Shown: positions 52,033-64,000 of the stretch, piece after piece
How positions within the stretch are numbered: position 1 is the stretch's first letter
How the letters are laid out: every line of letters begins with the position of its first letter
Source of the DNA: Octopus vulgaris
Lineage: Eukaryota
DNA: 64,000 bases
Assembly: GCA_951406725.2 (NCBI GenBank)
Contig: OX597814.1
Coordinates: forward strand, 46,128,001 to 46,192,000
Reading direction: 5' to 3'
The notes under the pieces: generated by a model
Seen by the model: only the letters and a program-made list of their open reading frames with translations
Database searches by the model: none
What the model was told of the DNA's origin: nothing
Position numbers and translations under genes: made by a program

Positions 52033-52167
52033 TATTAATAAAAAGAATTCCAACCTTGTCTGATTTTCACGTTTTATTTACAATCTTATAATGATATATT
52101 ATAAGATAATATATTATAATTGAATAAAATAAAATGAAATAGTAGAATCTTAAATATTCATTCTGAT

Positions 52168-52212
52168 TGAACTAGTACTTTCATGCATTGAATTCTGCAA
52201 TCTTCGGGTTCA
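52168..52212 (-). ncRNA. Minimal type I hammerhead motif in the inverted pLTR (core CCGAAGA)
   Basis: TGAAC-CCGAAGA-T TGCA gaattcaa TGCA T-GAAA-GTAC-TA-GTTCA, with palindromic GTAC loop III. Confidence 0.65.
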
Positions 52213-53615
52213 TGTAGTAGTGTTGACAGTCATGCTTCACAATTGTTGACTGTAGCAAGATGATTGATTCTGTGCTATAAATACAGCTGGGAGAGGCTCC
52301 AGAGTGCTAGGTTTTGCAAACTGTATTCTGACCAATCAGTGTGTAGTATCACTCAATTACTTAAGCTGATTGGTTGGTTGAGCTGGAACAAACGCCTAAT
52401 AGAACTAAGAGAATTTTTGCTCAAACAAAAATACCCATCTCTACTTATAGAAAATGGCATACAGCAGGCTTTAAAAATACCCATACAACAACTTAGGACA
52501 ACCCAAGGAAGAGGAAAACAAGAACAAGTCATACCATTCATAGTGACACACAACCCATGTCACCAGAATATCTTCAACATTGCCAAAGCAAACCTACCAA
52601 TCATTGCCCAAAGTAATGAATTAAAAGACATAATCACGGATCGAGCTATGGTGCTTAGTAAAAGACAGCCTAAAAACTTGAAAACATTACTAACAAAGGC
52701 AAAATTTGACCTCAGCAACAAAGACCAAACATTCACGGTATCTAAATGCAATGATAGCCGATGTGGCACATGCCAATTCATACATACCGGTCAATATATA
52801 AACACAAAAACTGGGAAAATATTCACAAACGTGAATATGAACTGCAAAAGCAGAAATTTAATTTACTGCATCAAATGCCCAAATTGTGAAGAAATATATG
52901 TAGGTCAGACGGGAAACGCACTATTAGAACGCTCACGTGTACACCGGCAACAGATTAGAGACCCAGAGGTCCGTCAGATACCTTTGAGTAACCACCTAGC
53001 AACATGTGGTCGGAAAATATATATAATATTTCCATTCTACAAATTACACAGCCCAAGTGAAATCGAGAGGAAAATCAGAGAAAAGAATTTTATTGATAAA
53101 TTCGAACCCAAGCTAAATAAGCAATAATAATAATACTTAGAGGTATTACTTCCACTGCTACGACCATGACCACTAACAACAACAACAATACTAAAGGTGA
53201 TCAAGATGAAGATAGCAGGAAAATTATCTTATTTAGGGTTAAAAGTTCTATTGCCACCACCATCACCACTAGCAACAATAATTAAGGTGCTGACAATGAT
53301 GATGATGACAATTGAAATATAAAAATATAAAAATCTCTGACAAAGGATATTTACAACATTTCTAAAAATAACCCAACAACTGCTGCTTCGGCCAGGGTCA
53401 AGATACAGGACTCTTGACATGTCCAACAAAGCCTGATGCCTAAACCAATCAGCTCAACCAACCAATCAGCTTAAGTAATTGAGTGATACTGATTGGTCAG
53501 AATACAGTTTGCAAAACCTAACACTCTGGAGCCTCTCCCAGCTGTATTTATAGCACAGAATCAATCATCTTGCTACAGTCAACAATTGTGAAGCATGACT
53601 GTCAACACTACTACA

Positions 53616-53660
53616 TGAACGCGAAGATTGCAGAATTCAATGCATGAAAGTACTAGTTCA
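53616..53660 (+). ncRNA. Minimal type I hammerhead motif in the 3' pLTR (core GCGAAGA, C3G)
   Basis: TGAAC-GCGAAGA-T TGCA gaattcaa TGCA T-GAAA-GTAC-TA-GTTCA. Confidence 0.55.
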
Positions 53661-53824
53661 ATCAGAATGAATATTTAACATTCTACTATTTCATTTTATT
53701 TTATTCAATTATAATATATTATCTTATAATATATCATTATAAGATTGTAAATAAAACGTGAAAATCAGACAAGGTTGGAATTCTTTTTATTAATATATTC
53801 TTCTATACACAATCACACACACCC

Positions 53825-53881
53825 ATATATATATATATATATATCTATATATGTATATATATGTATATATATATGTATATG

Positions 53882-53912
<31 letters not shown>

Positions 53913-54097
53913 GTATATGTATATGTATATGTATATATATGTATATATGTATATGTATATATATGTATATATATATATGTATATATATGTATATATATAT
54001 ATGTATATATATGTATATATATATATGTATATATATATATGTATATATATATATGTATATATATATATGTATATATATGTATGTATATATATGTATA

Positions 54098-54130
<33 letters not shown>

Positions 54131-54153
54131 TATGTATATATATATATATATAT

Positions 54154-54186
<33 letters not shown>

Positions 54187-54341
54187 GTATATATATGTAT
54201 ATATATGTATATATATATGTATATATATATGTATATGTATATGTATATATATGTATATATATATGTATATATATATGTATATATATATGTATATATATAT
54301 ATGTATATATATATTATATATATTATATATATATGTATATA

Positions 54342-54423
<82 letters not shown>

Positions 54424-54444
54424 GTATATATGTATATATATGTG

Positions 54445-54490
<46 letters not shown>

Positions 54491-54649
54491 ATATATATGT
54501 GTATATATATGTATATATATATGTATATATATGTGTATATATATGTATATATATATGTATATATATGTGTATATATATGTATATATATATGTATATATAT
54601 ATATATGTATATATATGTATATATATGTATATATATATGTATATATATG

Positions 54650-54682
<33 letters not shown>

Positions 54683-54683
54683 G

Positions 54684-54718
<35 letters not shown>

Positions 54719-55118
54719 GTATATATATATGTATATATATATGTATATATATATGTATATATATGTATATATATATATGTATGTATATATATGTATTTAT
54801 ATATATGTATGTATATGTATGTATTTATATATATGTATGTATATGTATGTATTTATATATATGTATGTATATGTATGTATTTATATATATGTATGTATAT
54901 GTATGTATTTATATATATGTATGTATATGTATGTATTTATATATATGTATGTATATGTATGTATTTATATATATGTATGTATTTATATATATGTATGTAT
55001 ATGTATGTATTTATATATATGTATGTATATGTATGTATATATATATATGTATGTATATGTATGTATATATATATATGTATATGTATGTATATATATATAT
55101 GTATATGTATGTATATGT

Positions 55119-55189
<71 letters not shown>

Positions 55190-55355
55190 TATGTATGTAT
55201 ATATATGTATATATGTATATGTATGTATATGTATGTATATATATATGTATGTATATATATATGTATATATATATATATGCATATATATATATGTATGTAT
55301 ATATATATATGTATATATATGTATGTATATATATGTATATATATATATTTGTATG

Positions 55356-55406
<51 letters not shown>

Positions 55407-55539
55407 GTATATATATATGTATGTATATATATGTATATATATATATGTATGTATATATATATGTATATATATATGTATGTATATATATATGTATATATAT
55501 ATATGTATATATATATATGTATGTATATATATATATATG

Positions 55540-55576
<37 letters not shown>

Positions 55577-55580
55577 GTAT

Positions 55581-55616
<36 letters not shown>

Positions 55617-56425
55617 GTATGTATATGTATGTATATATATGTATGTATATGTATGTATATGTATGTATATATATATATATATATGTATATGTATGTATAT
55701 ATATGTATATGTATGTATATATATGTATATGTATGTATATATATGTATATATATATGTATATATATGTATATATATATGTATATATATGTGTATATATAT
55801 GTATATATATGTATATATATGTATATATATATGTATATATATATGTATATATATATGTATATATATATGTATATATATATATGTATATATATATATGTAT
55901 ATATATGTGTATATATATGTGTATATATATGTGTATATATATGTGTATATATATGTGTATATATATATGTGTATATATATGTGTATATATGTATATATAT
56001 ATATGTATATATATATATGTATATATATATATGTGTATATATATGTGTATATATATGTATATATATGTGTATATATATGTGTATATATATGTGTATATAT
56101 ATGTATATATATATGTATATATATATGTGTATATATATGTGTATATATATGTATATATATGTGTATATATATGTGTATATATATGTGTATATATATGTGT
56201 ATATATATGTGTATATATATGTATATATATATGTATATATATATGTATATATATGTATATATATATGTATATATATATGTATATATATGTATATATATAT
56301 GTATATATATGTATATATATATGTATATATATGTGTATATATATGTATATATATATGTATATATATGTATATATATATGTATATATATGTATATATATAT
56401 GTATATATTTGTATATATATGTATG
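53825..56425. repeat. ~2.6-kb compound (TA)n/(TATG)n alternating purine-pyrimidine tract
   Basis: Directly visible; explains the 500-900 aa Y/I/M/C/V pseudo-ORFs. Confidence 0.97.
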
Positions 56426-56830
56426 CATACCAATAAAGACATTTTCATCATCTCTTTTGATGTAATAAACCTTTATATTATGATCCCACATCAATATGTA
56501 TTGAAAGCAATTAAATTCTGGCTAGAAAATGCCCTAATGAGGTCCCAGAAGCAATAAAATAGAATTTATCATCAAGAGCCTCAAGTTTATCTTCCGAAAC
56601 AACTTCTTAACTTTTGATAATAATATGTACTGACAAGTATCAGGGACTGCAATGGGGACGAAAGTTGCTCCATCGTATGCCAATCTGGTGATGGCCTATC
56701 TAGAATTACAAATCTTTGAACAATCCAAATCAAAATCGGCCTGTTGTTCCACAAATACCTGTTGGAGAATTGGAAACGCTACTTGGATGACTACGTCCTC
56801 CTATGGTCTCACACACTTGACCAACTCAAT

Positions 56831-56965
56831 CATCATCATCACCATCGTTTAACGTCCGTTCTCCATGCTAGCATGGGTTGGACGGTTCGACCGGGGATCT
56901 GGGAAGCCAGAAGGCTGCACCAGGCTCCAGTCTGATCTGGCAGTGTTTCTACAGCTGGATGCCCT
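56831..56965 (-). mobile_element. 5'-truncated SINE nested in the PLE RT, with TCAAT target-site duplication
   Basis: tcaat at 56826-56830 and 56966-56970. Removing the insert restores LDQLN|KFKNLLN. Confidence 0.8.
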
Positions 56966-59200
56966 TCAATAAATTCAAAAATTTATTGAACAGTGTCAAC
57001 AACCATATCCAATTTACAATGGAATATAGTCAAGGCCAACTTCCATTTCTAGACATTCTTTTTATAAAAAATAAGCACCAACATTGAAACTGATACCCAC
57101 TACAAAACAAATAATTCCAAACAATACTTCCTGTTCACCTCCAATCACCCAAAGCTCATGAACACAAACATCCCCTTTAATCTAGTTAGAAGAATCTGTG
57201 CAATTTTCTCAAATTATAGAACATGAAATAAAAGACTCCAAGAACTAGAGGCAATTCTTCTTAAAAGACAGCACACAGCATCATCAGTTGACAATGGAAT
57301 AGAACAGGCCAAGACAATCGATATCCAAGACTTATGAAAACCAAAATACACTCAAGGTACATTAGTCTTTCATATCTCTCAACACACAATCCAAGAAATA
57401 AAGAAGCTTACACGATTATATACAAGAACATCCCACTACTGAGTCAAGACCCACATCTAAAAAAAGCACTCGAAACCTATAAAATAATAAAAAGCAAGAG
57501 ACAACCTAAATCCCTAAAAAGCTTACTCACCAATGCAAAATTACCCAACACAAGCCCAACACCTACTGTCAAAAAATGTGGTCGATCTAACTGTAGGACT
57601 TGCATTACTTCTTTGGAGGAACAATATACAAATTCTAGTTGGGACACACTTTTGTCGTAAAAAATTACTTCACTTGTGCATCAAAGAATTTACCTTAAGC
57701 CATAAGGTGTGAAGGATGCCACAAGGACTACATAGGGCAGACTAGTCTTACGCTAAGAGATAAGATGACAGTCTACCGCCAACAATTGAGGGACCACAAG
57801 ACAGATACCACTTAGTAGCCACTTAGATCTATGTGCACAAAACAAGTCCCCCAAATTCCTAGTTTTCCTCCTGTGTACCAATACCCAGACAACACCACTG
57901 ACCAAACATGAAGAAATAAGGAAAATATACTTATTCAAAAATATAGACCACAACTCAAAATACTCTAACATACACCCCAGGTACATATCCACAACAAACA
58001 CAAACAGATGTACAAACACACACAAATACAATGGAAACATCCCACACACACATACATATACACACATGCACAAACACAATATCCCCACGCTCAAGCACAA
58101 ACCCACACACATTCCAAGAAAAATACATGCATATATACACATGCAATATGATTTTAGCAATCACAACCAACACTCACAGGCACACACACATACACACATA
58201 CATAAACACGTACATGCACACACACACACCATCATGACAGTTACAAGACACTCCACAAACGCATACTCAGTACAAACAAGCATAGTACGTACACACACAT
58301 GCACACCACCTGGATAAACATAACATTCACACAGAACCCCTGACAAATACAACACACTCACACATACACACCTACATACACATACATATGCACCCTCACA
58401 CACACACACACCACCCGGACAATTATAACAACACAAACATATTCAGACAGAGATACACACACATATGTACATGCACATAACATCCCCACCAACACAATAC
58501 ACACAAACATACACACATGCAGACACAAACACATACACACAGACACATACACACACATGTGCACACACAGCACCCTGACAAATACAAATCACACACATAC
58601 ACAGATACACACAAATATGCACACATATACAGACACCATCCTACTAAATATAAAACATACACATATACAGACCCATACACTCCCCACACTGAACTCTAAG
58701 ACCAACCAAAATAACCCACACCCCCATACACTCACACCATTTTGAACTCTAAGACAAGTCCCAAAAACCACTTAACCATGATAGACTAGCCCAGAAACAA
58801 AAAAAATCCTTTTGATTCCACAATACTCTCCAGCACTATTTCTAAAAATAGCTAATATTTCTCATACACGCACTACAAGAGAGATGTTGGATGGAAAAGT
58901 TGGTCATTCCCCTAAAATTCTGTATAACTACTTAAATATGATTCCTTATGTATATATGCAACCATAATTTTTGATGAACTTAAAATAATTATAAATTTAT
59001 TTTACTACTTATCTTTCACCTATCTTACATTTTCATGTAAAATGTTTAAACAAAAAGCCCCTATTAACATTTTGTTATCATTGTCAAAGATTCTATTTTT
59101 TAATATTTTCTTATCATTATCAAAGACACTATAACTGTATTTTAATACAATTACGATAACCATTTTATAACACAACAAAGCTTTTAAAAAGCATTGCATT

Positions 59201-59246
59201 TTACTTTTGATAATCTTTCTTTAAAAAAGTGAAACCGGTCAAGTCA
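59201..59246 (+). ncRNA. Minimal type I hammerhead motif, U3-A8 variant
   Basis: TTACTT-TTGATAA-TCTTTCTTTAAAAAA-GT-GAAA-CCGG-TC-AAGTCA. Same family as 46513-46557, with a GUC triplet. Confidence 0.68.
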
Positions 59247-59286
59247 ATATACATCTTCAAAAGACCTCTGCATTTTCAAGCCCTCT

Positions 59287-59390
<104 letters not shown>

Positions 59391-59510
59391 TGTGTGTATA
59401 TATGTATGTGTGTATATATATATATGTATATATATGTATATGTATATATATATATGTATATATATATAGGTATATATATATGTATATATGTATGTATATA
59501 TATATATGTA

Positions 59511-59561
<51 letters not shown>

Positions 59562-59574
59562 ATGTATATTTTTT

Positions 59575-59998
59575 TTTATCTAGTTTCAGCTGTCATTCCT
59601 GGGAGAGAAAGGCCCTCAGGCCATCTGACATTGGGTAGATTGAAGTCTCCCATAATAAGTACACTTATGTGTTGTTCTAATGTGACTAGAACTTCTATTT
59701 TTATAAGGCAGTCTTCAAACTTGCCTACATGGCTTGGGGCATCTAGAGAGCGATATGTAGCACACACAACTACACCAAGTTGCCTTATATGTACAATTAG
59801 TGTGTCACACACCGAATTTGAGTATGACAAAAGAACCTGGGGTGTGAGGTCCTCACGGATGTATATAGCAACTCCTCCATGACTCCTTTCTTTTCTGTCG
59901 GTCCGTAGTACAACATACTGTGGTATGTGTACTTCCACATCTGCTATGTCCGGTTTCAGGTGTGTTTCCGTAAGTGCTATGCATAAGGCTTGATTGCA
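59575..59998 (-). mobile_element. Endonuclease fragment of the CR1-like family seen at 39060-39480
   Basis: [14 protein letters not shown]...SHGGVAIY...[15 protein letters not shown]. Confidence 0.85.
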
Positions 59999-60440
<442 letters not shown>

Positions 60441-60631
60441 CTCTATGTTGGTCTGCAATCATTTCGACATCTGATGTGTGGCACCTGTTGCACCTGTACA
60501 AGCAATGTTGATCTAATGGAGGGAGTGAGGTCATGTCTACACAAATATTTGATCGCTATAGACAAATCATCTGTGTGGTTGTTTGGTAAGAAATTGTGAA
60601 GCCCTCATAAGTTGCCTAGTGATGGGAGAGT

Positions 60632-60685
<54 letters not shown>

Positions 60686-61373
60686 CACCGTCATTTTACA
60701 TCTGCTGTCTATACTAGCATGGGTTGGACAGGTCATTCCCCTCTTAGGCATAGTTCAGGAACCACACTCGACTTGTACATTTCATTTTGGCATGGTTTAT
60801 AATGGCTAGATGGTTTTGCTAACAGCAAACGCATTACAGGGTATAATGGATGTGTTTTATCATGACATAACTACTAGCATGATTATTATATTCTCAACAA
60901 GTTGAAATTAAATATGTATGTATATGATGTAATGTCACAATATTTATACAAATTTCTTTTTTGTAAACATTAAACAAATTGTAGGATTTGAACAGATGAT
61001 GTTTAGTTTTTCTATTTTGAAATCTCAAACTAAATATGTTTTATAAAGTATTTATGTGTATTGTAGTGAGTGTGTGTGTTTGTGTGTTGCTTATACTCAC
61101 AAGTGGAAGTGTTATAATTCTTTAATTTTCTTAGCTATCATAACTAAGGATTTGCTGGAGCGCTACTTTCAAGCCATTCTAGAATACTTTATTTCTTGAA
61201 TTCCTGTGTTTTTACTTGTCTTTGAAAATAAGAATATATTTATGATAATTTGTATATGCACGAGCATATGTGTGTGAATGTACAAACATTATTATTATTG
61301 TTATCTACATACTTCTTCAATTTAAACATTATTGAATGTTTATGAAATTCTCTTTTCTAATTTGGTATCTCAG

Positions 61374-61385
61374 AAGAGCAACAAG
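61374..61385 (+). CDS. CADPS: Candidate 12-nt CADPS microexon, (E)EQQ
   Basis: ttctcttttctaatttggtatctcag|AA GAG CAA CAA G|gtgagc. Phase 1-1, branch-like ctaat about 15 nt upstream, TGCATG at 61431. Confidence 0.68.
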
Positions 61386-63892
61386 GTGAGCTGAAATACA
61401 CATTATTTCCACTATTTTATTTAGAAAGCGTGCATGCGCACTTTCAGACTTCAATATTTTACCAACTTTGCTATGTCACTCCATAATTTATGTTTATCAT
61501 AATTTCCACTTAATAAAACAAATCTCATACTGATATTTTATTAATGCTACCTACAACAATTATTGAGTAAAATCACTAAAATTCTTTCACTAAAAGAAAT
61601 TTATCATTGTACTATCTATGTGAGTAATAGACATACCTTTATAAACCCTCAATAATAGTTATTTTACCCAGATCCCAAACTGGATCCAAGTTATCTTATT
61701 CAGATCCAAGAATAAATGCATCAAAACACACTTTATCTTTTTTTTAAAGAAATATAACAATATATATGTATATACATATTTATGTATATATATAGGTATA
61801 TATATATGTATATATATGCTTCTATTTGTATAAATATCTGTAAATTAAAGCTAATGTACAACACAATATATTGAGGTCTTCTCCTAAATTCATATTAGCT
61901 TTTTCAGTTTGCCTAAATTCTATTTTAGAATATTTCATAGTATTCATTTGCTTGATTATTATTGTAGCTGATTTGTACAAGGATATTTAAAAAATATATC
62001 CAACTCAATCCAATATGAATGTTAGATTCAGAAATTGAGATTCATTTTGTCTTTCTCCCTATTTTCTTGTAAGCATAGTATTTTAAGAAGCAGTATCAAT
62101 TCTAAAATATTTTATAGCTATTCACATAAAGAAATATATGAAACAGCTGGTTTAATTTCAGGGAAATTTAGTTTAGTCTTAGTTGTAGCTAATATAATAC
62201 TGAAAGTACATAGGCACATTTAGTCATATGTAATATCATAATATGAATGTAAACTAATTTATATACCTAAAAATTGAAGTAGCATTGGAATAAGAAAATA
62301 AATATATCCACAATATTTAACAGAAAGCATTTCTTTTTTTACACATGGGAATTTTGACTGGCAATTGTTGGTGCTGTCACCCACTGTTGCTTTTGGAATA
62401 AGAAATGTAAAGAAAGAGTTTAAGAAATAGAAGGTAGGGAGAATTTCCACTCAAGAGCAATGAATCCATATACTTGTTATATTTAAAATAAGGAGCATAT
62501 TGGTTTCAAGCTTTTGAAAACTTGTAAATTATATTCTTTAATTTAATTGAAAAGTGACTAGAAAAATATCCTGAAATGTTTTAATTCACATTATTTTAAT
62601 ATTTTACTCCTATCTTTTAAGCTTTCAGTATATTGCTATCAATGAAGCTCAGGGAAACAAGTAAAAGAAGGAATGAATTGAAAAATATTCAACCTTTTTA
62701 TAAGATATACTTTAAGATTTAAAAAAAAAATTTTAATGAAACAAAAATTACTAAAATAGACATTCAAATCTGTGAATGAATTTGCAAATAACCATCATAG
62801 ATGAATCATTAGGGACTAGATCTGATCATCTAAAATTTGCATGTTTAATATATTGATACTTTTTTGCTTATGCTTACTGTTCTGCTAATATACTATAATG
62901 GTGTAAATCAAAGCTTTTAGAAAATTACCATAAAACAGTAGCAGCATTTTCTTAGCATAGAAGATTTTTTCTTATATATTTTTCAATAATTATTTCTTTT
63001 CATGTGTGTGTATGAGATAATTTTACCCATGCACACACACTCATATATATATTTACATGCATGCATGCACATACACACAAACATATATCCACTCACATCA
63101 GAAAAGGTAGAAAAATCAACATTATTGATACTTCAAAAAATTCATTTCTTCTTATAACTCTTTCAACAGTGCTCATGAGCATCTACCAACACACAGTTAT
63201 TTTAATTACCTAATATGATGTGCCATTTCATCAAGAATTTTTTCAAAATCTATAATTTAAATATGATCCTGATGAAATGATACTCACTTCATGCACGATT
63301 ACTTTTATTATGTTAAGTAATTATAATAATTAAGTTTTGAAATATCAATGATATTCTTTGTTTTTATAACTTTTCTAATGTGATTTGTTCTCACCATTCA
63401 TTATAGCCAATTATAAACTTTATGCAACATAATACTTGGTATTATTATTGCTTTGAAGTCGTAAGATATTGGAATTTAACTGAATGTTAAAAGTTGCACC
63501 CTGTAATCTTTAGATATTTCTCTTGTGCATAACCATTCATTTAGTATATTAAATACATACATCCTTACATAAACCCATGCCAGTATGGGATATGGACATT
63601 CAATGATGATGGTAATGAAATATATATATATATATATAGGAGGTTAGTATGGATAAAATAATCCAGGTGTTTATCTTAGGAAGCTGGTTATTTCTCAATA
63701 TTATTTTTATAAATACCTCCTATGAAACAATTCTATGGACAGCTATGTTATATACATTGTATAGCATGCATGGCTGAATCATTATTAACAGACATGTCTG
63801 TAGACATAATGTGAGAATAATCACCATGGAATTGTCAACCATGAAATAAAAGTATTATCATGAACACCAATCTTCAATTTATACACTCACAT

Positions 63893-64000
63893 AGGCGCAG
63901 GAGTGGCTGTGTGGTAAGTAGTTTGCTTACCAACCACATGGTTCCGGGTTCATTCCCACTGTGTGGCACCTTGGGCTACTGTCTTCTACTATAGCCTTGG
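63893..64000 (+). mobile_element. tRNA-derived SINE head running off the window
   Basis: ggcgcaggagTGGCTGTGTGGtaag (A box)...ccgGGTTCATTCCCactgtgtggcaccttggg (B box). Decayed relatives at about 2130, 5810 and 10685. Confidence 0.75.

Larger units (their letters stand above)
52031..53797 (+). mobile_element. Young 5'-truncated Penelope-like element with an inverted pLTR at its 5' end
   Basis: 52031-52385 is the near-perfect reverse complement of 53450-53797. Between them is an open RT C-terminus plus GIY-YIG frame ending at 53127 (C..RCGTC, NLIYCIKCPNCEEIYVGQT, R..HRQQI, RE..FI). Confidence 0.92.

Noticed and set aside
52264-52385. N-terminus of the 287-aa ORF 52264-53127 as a novel fusion protein
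   Set aside because: The first ~40 aa are antisense pLTR sequence that happens to be in frame and start at a TTG. The remainder is an ordinary truncated PLE ORF.
53775-56557. Very long ORFs (500-898 aa) rich in Y/I/M/C/V/H/T, and similar ones at 45952-46564, 51300-52091 and 59229-60599
   Set aside because: These are translations of (TA)n/(TG)n microsatellites, which lack stop codons in most frames. They are not genes.
62921-63213. AG acceptors at about 62920 and 63169 followed by short phase-1 frames
   Set aside because: There is no convincing donor, no similarity to CAPS, and both frames end quickly in stops, as expected by chance in AT-rich intron.
63893-63965. tRNA gene
   Set aside because: A/B boxes are present, but there is no cloverleaf acceptor stem and the sequence continues into a SINE body seen elsewhere in the window.

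Overview
AT-rich eukaryotic genomic DNA, probably an octopus or other coleoid cephalopod. That assignment is inferred from the SINE families and the (TA)n/(CA)n load. The + strand carries an internal part of a CAPS/CADPS (UNC-31) gene: six constitutive exons at 527-9906 covering the end of the PH domain and the following helical region. After them is a >54 kb stretch with no further recognisable constitutive exon. It contains three candidate frame-preserving phase-1 microexons (18, 33 and 12 nt), each followed by a TGCATG motif. The introns hold decayed mobile DNA: mariner, Tc1 and DD41D-like DNA transposons, two non-autonomous Helitrons, a hAT relic, RTE, CR1-like and CRE-like LINEs, a Gypsy relic, many SINEs, and several Penelope-like elements (PLEs) next to long TA-rich microsatellites. 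The most notable observation is a set of type I hammerhead-ribozyme motifs. Four separate copies have the core TTGAYAA instead of CTGANGA, a compensatory U3-A8 swap of the C3-G8 pair. One of them lies in a 457-bp non-coding, tandemly repeated retrozyme-like unit. Many long inverted repeats in the pre-mRNA could be dsRNA/ADAR substrates. Everything was read by eye, so repeat boundaries are approximate.
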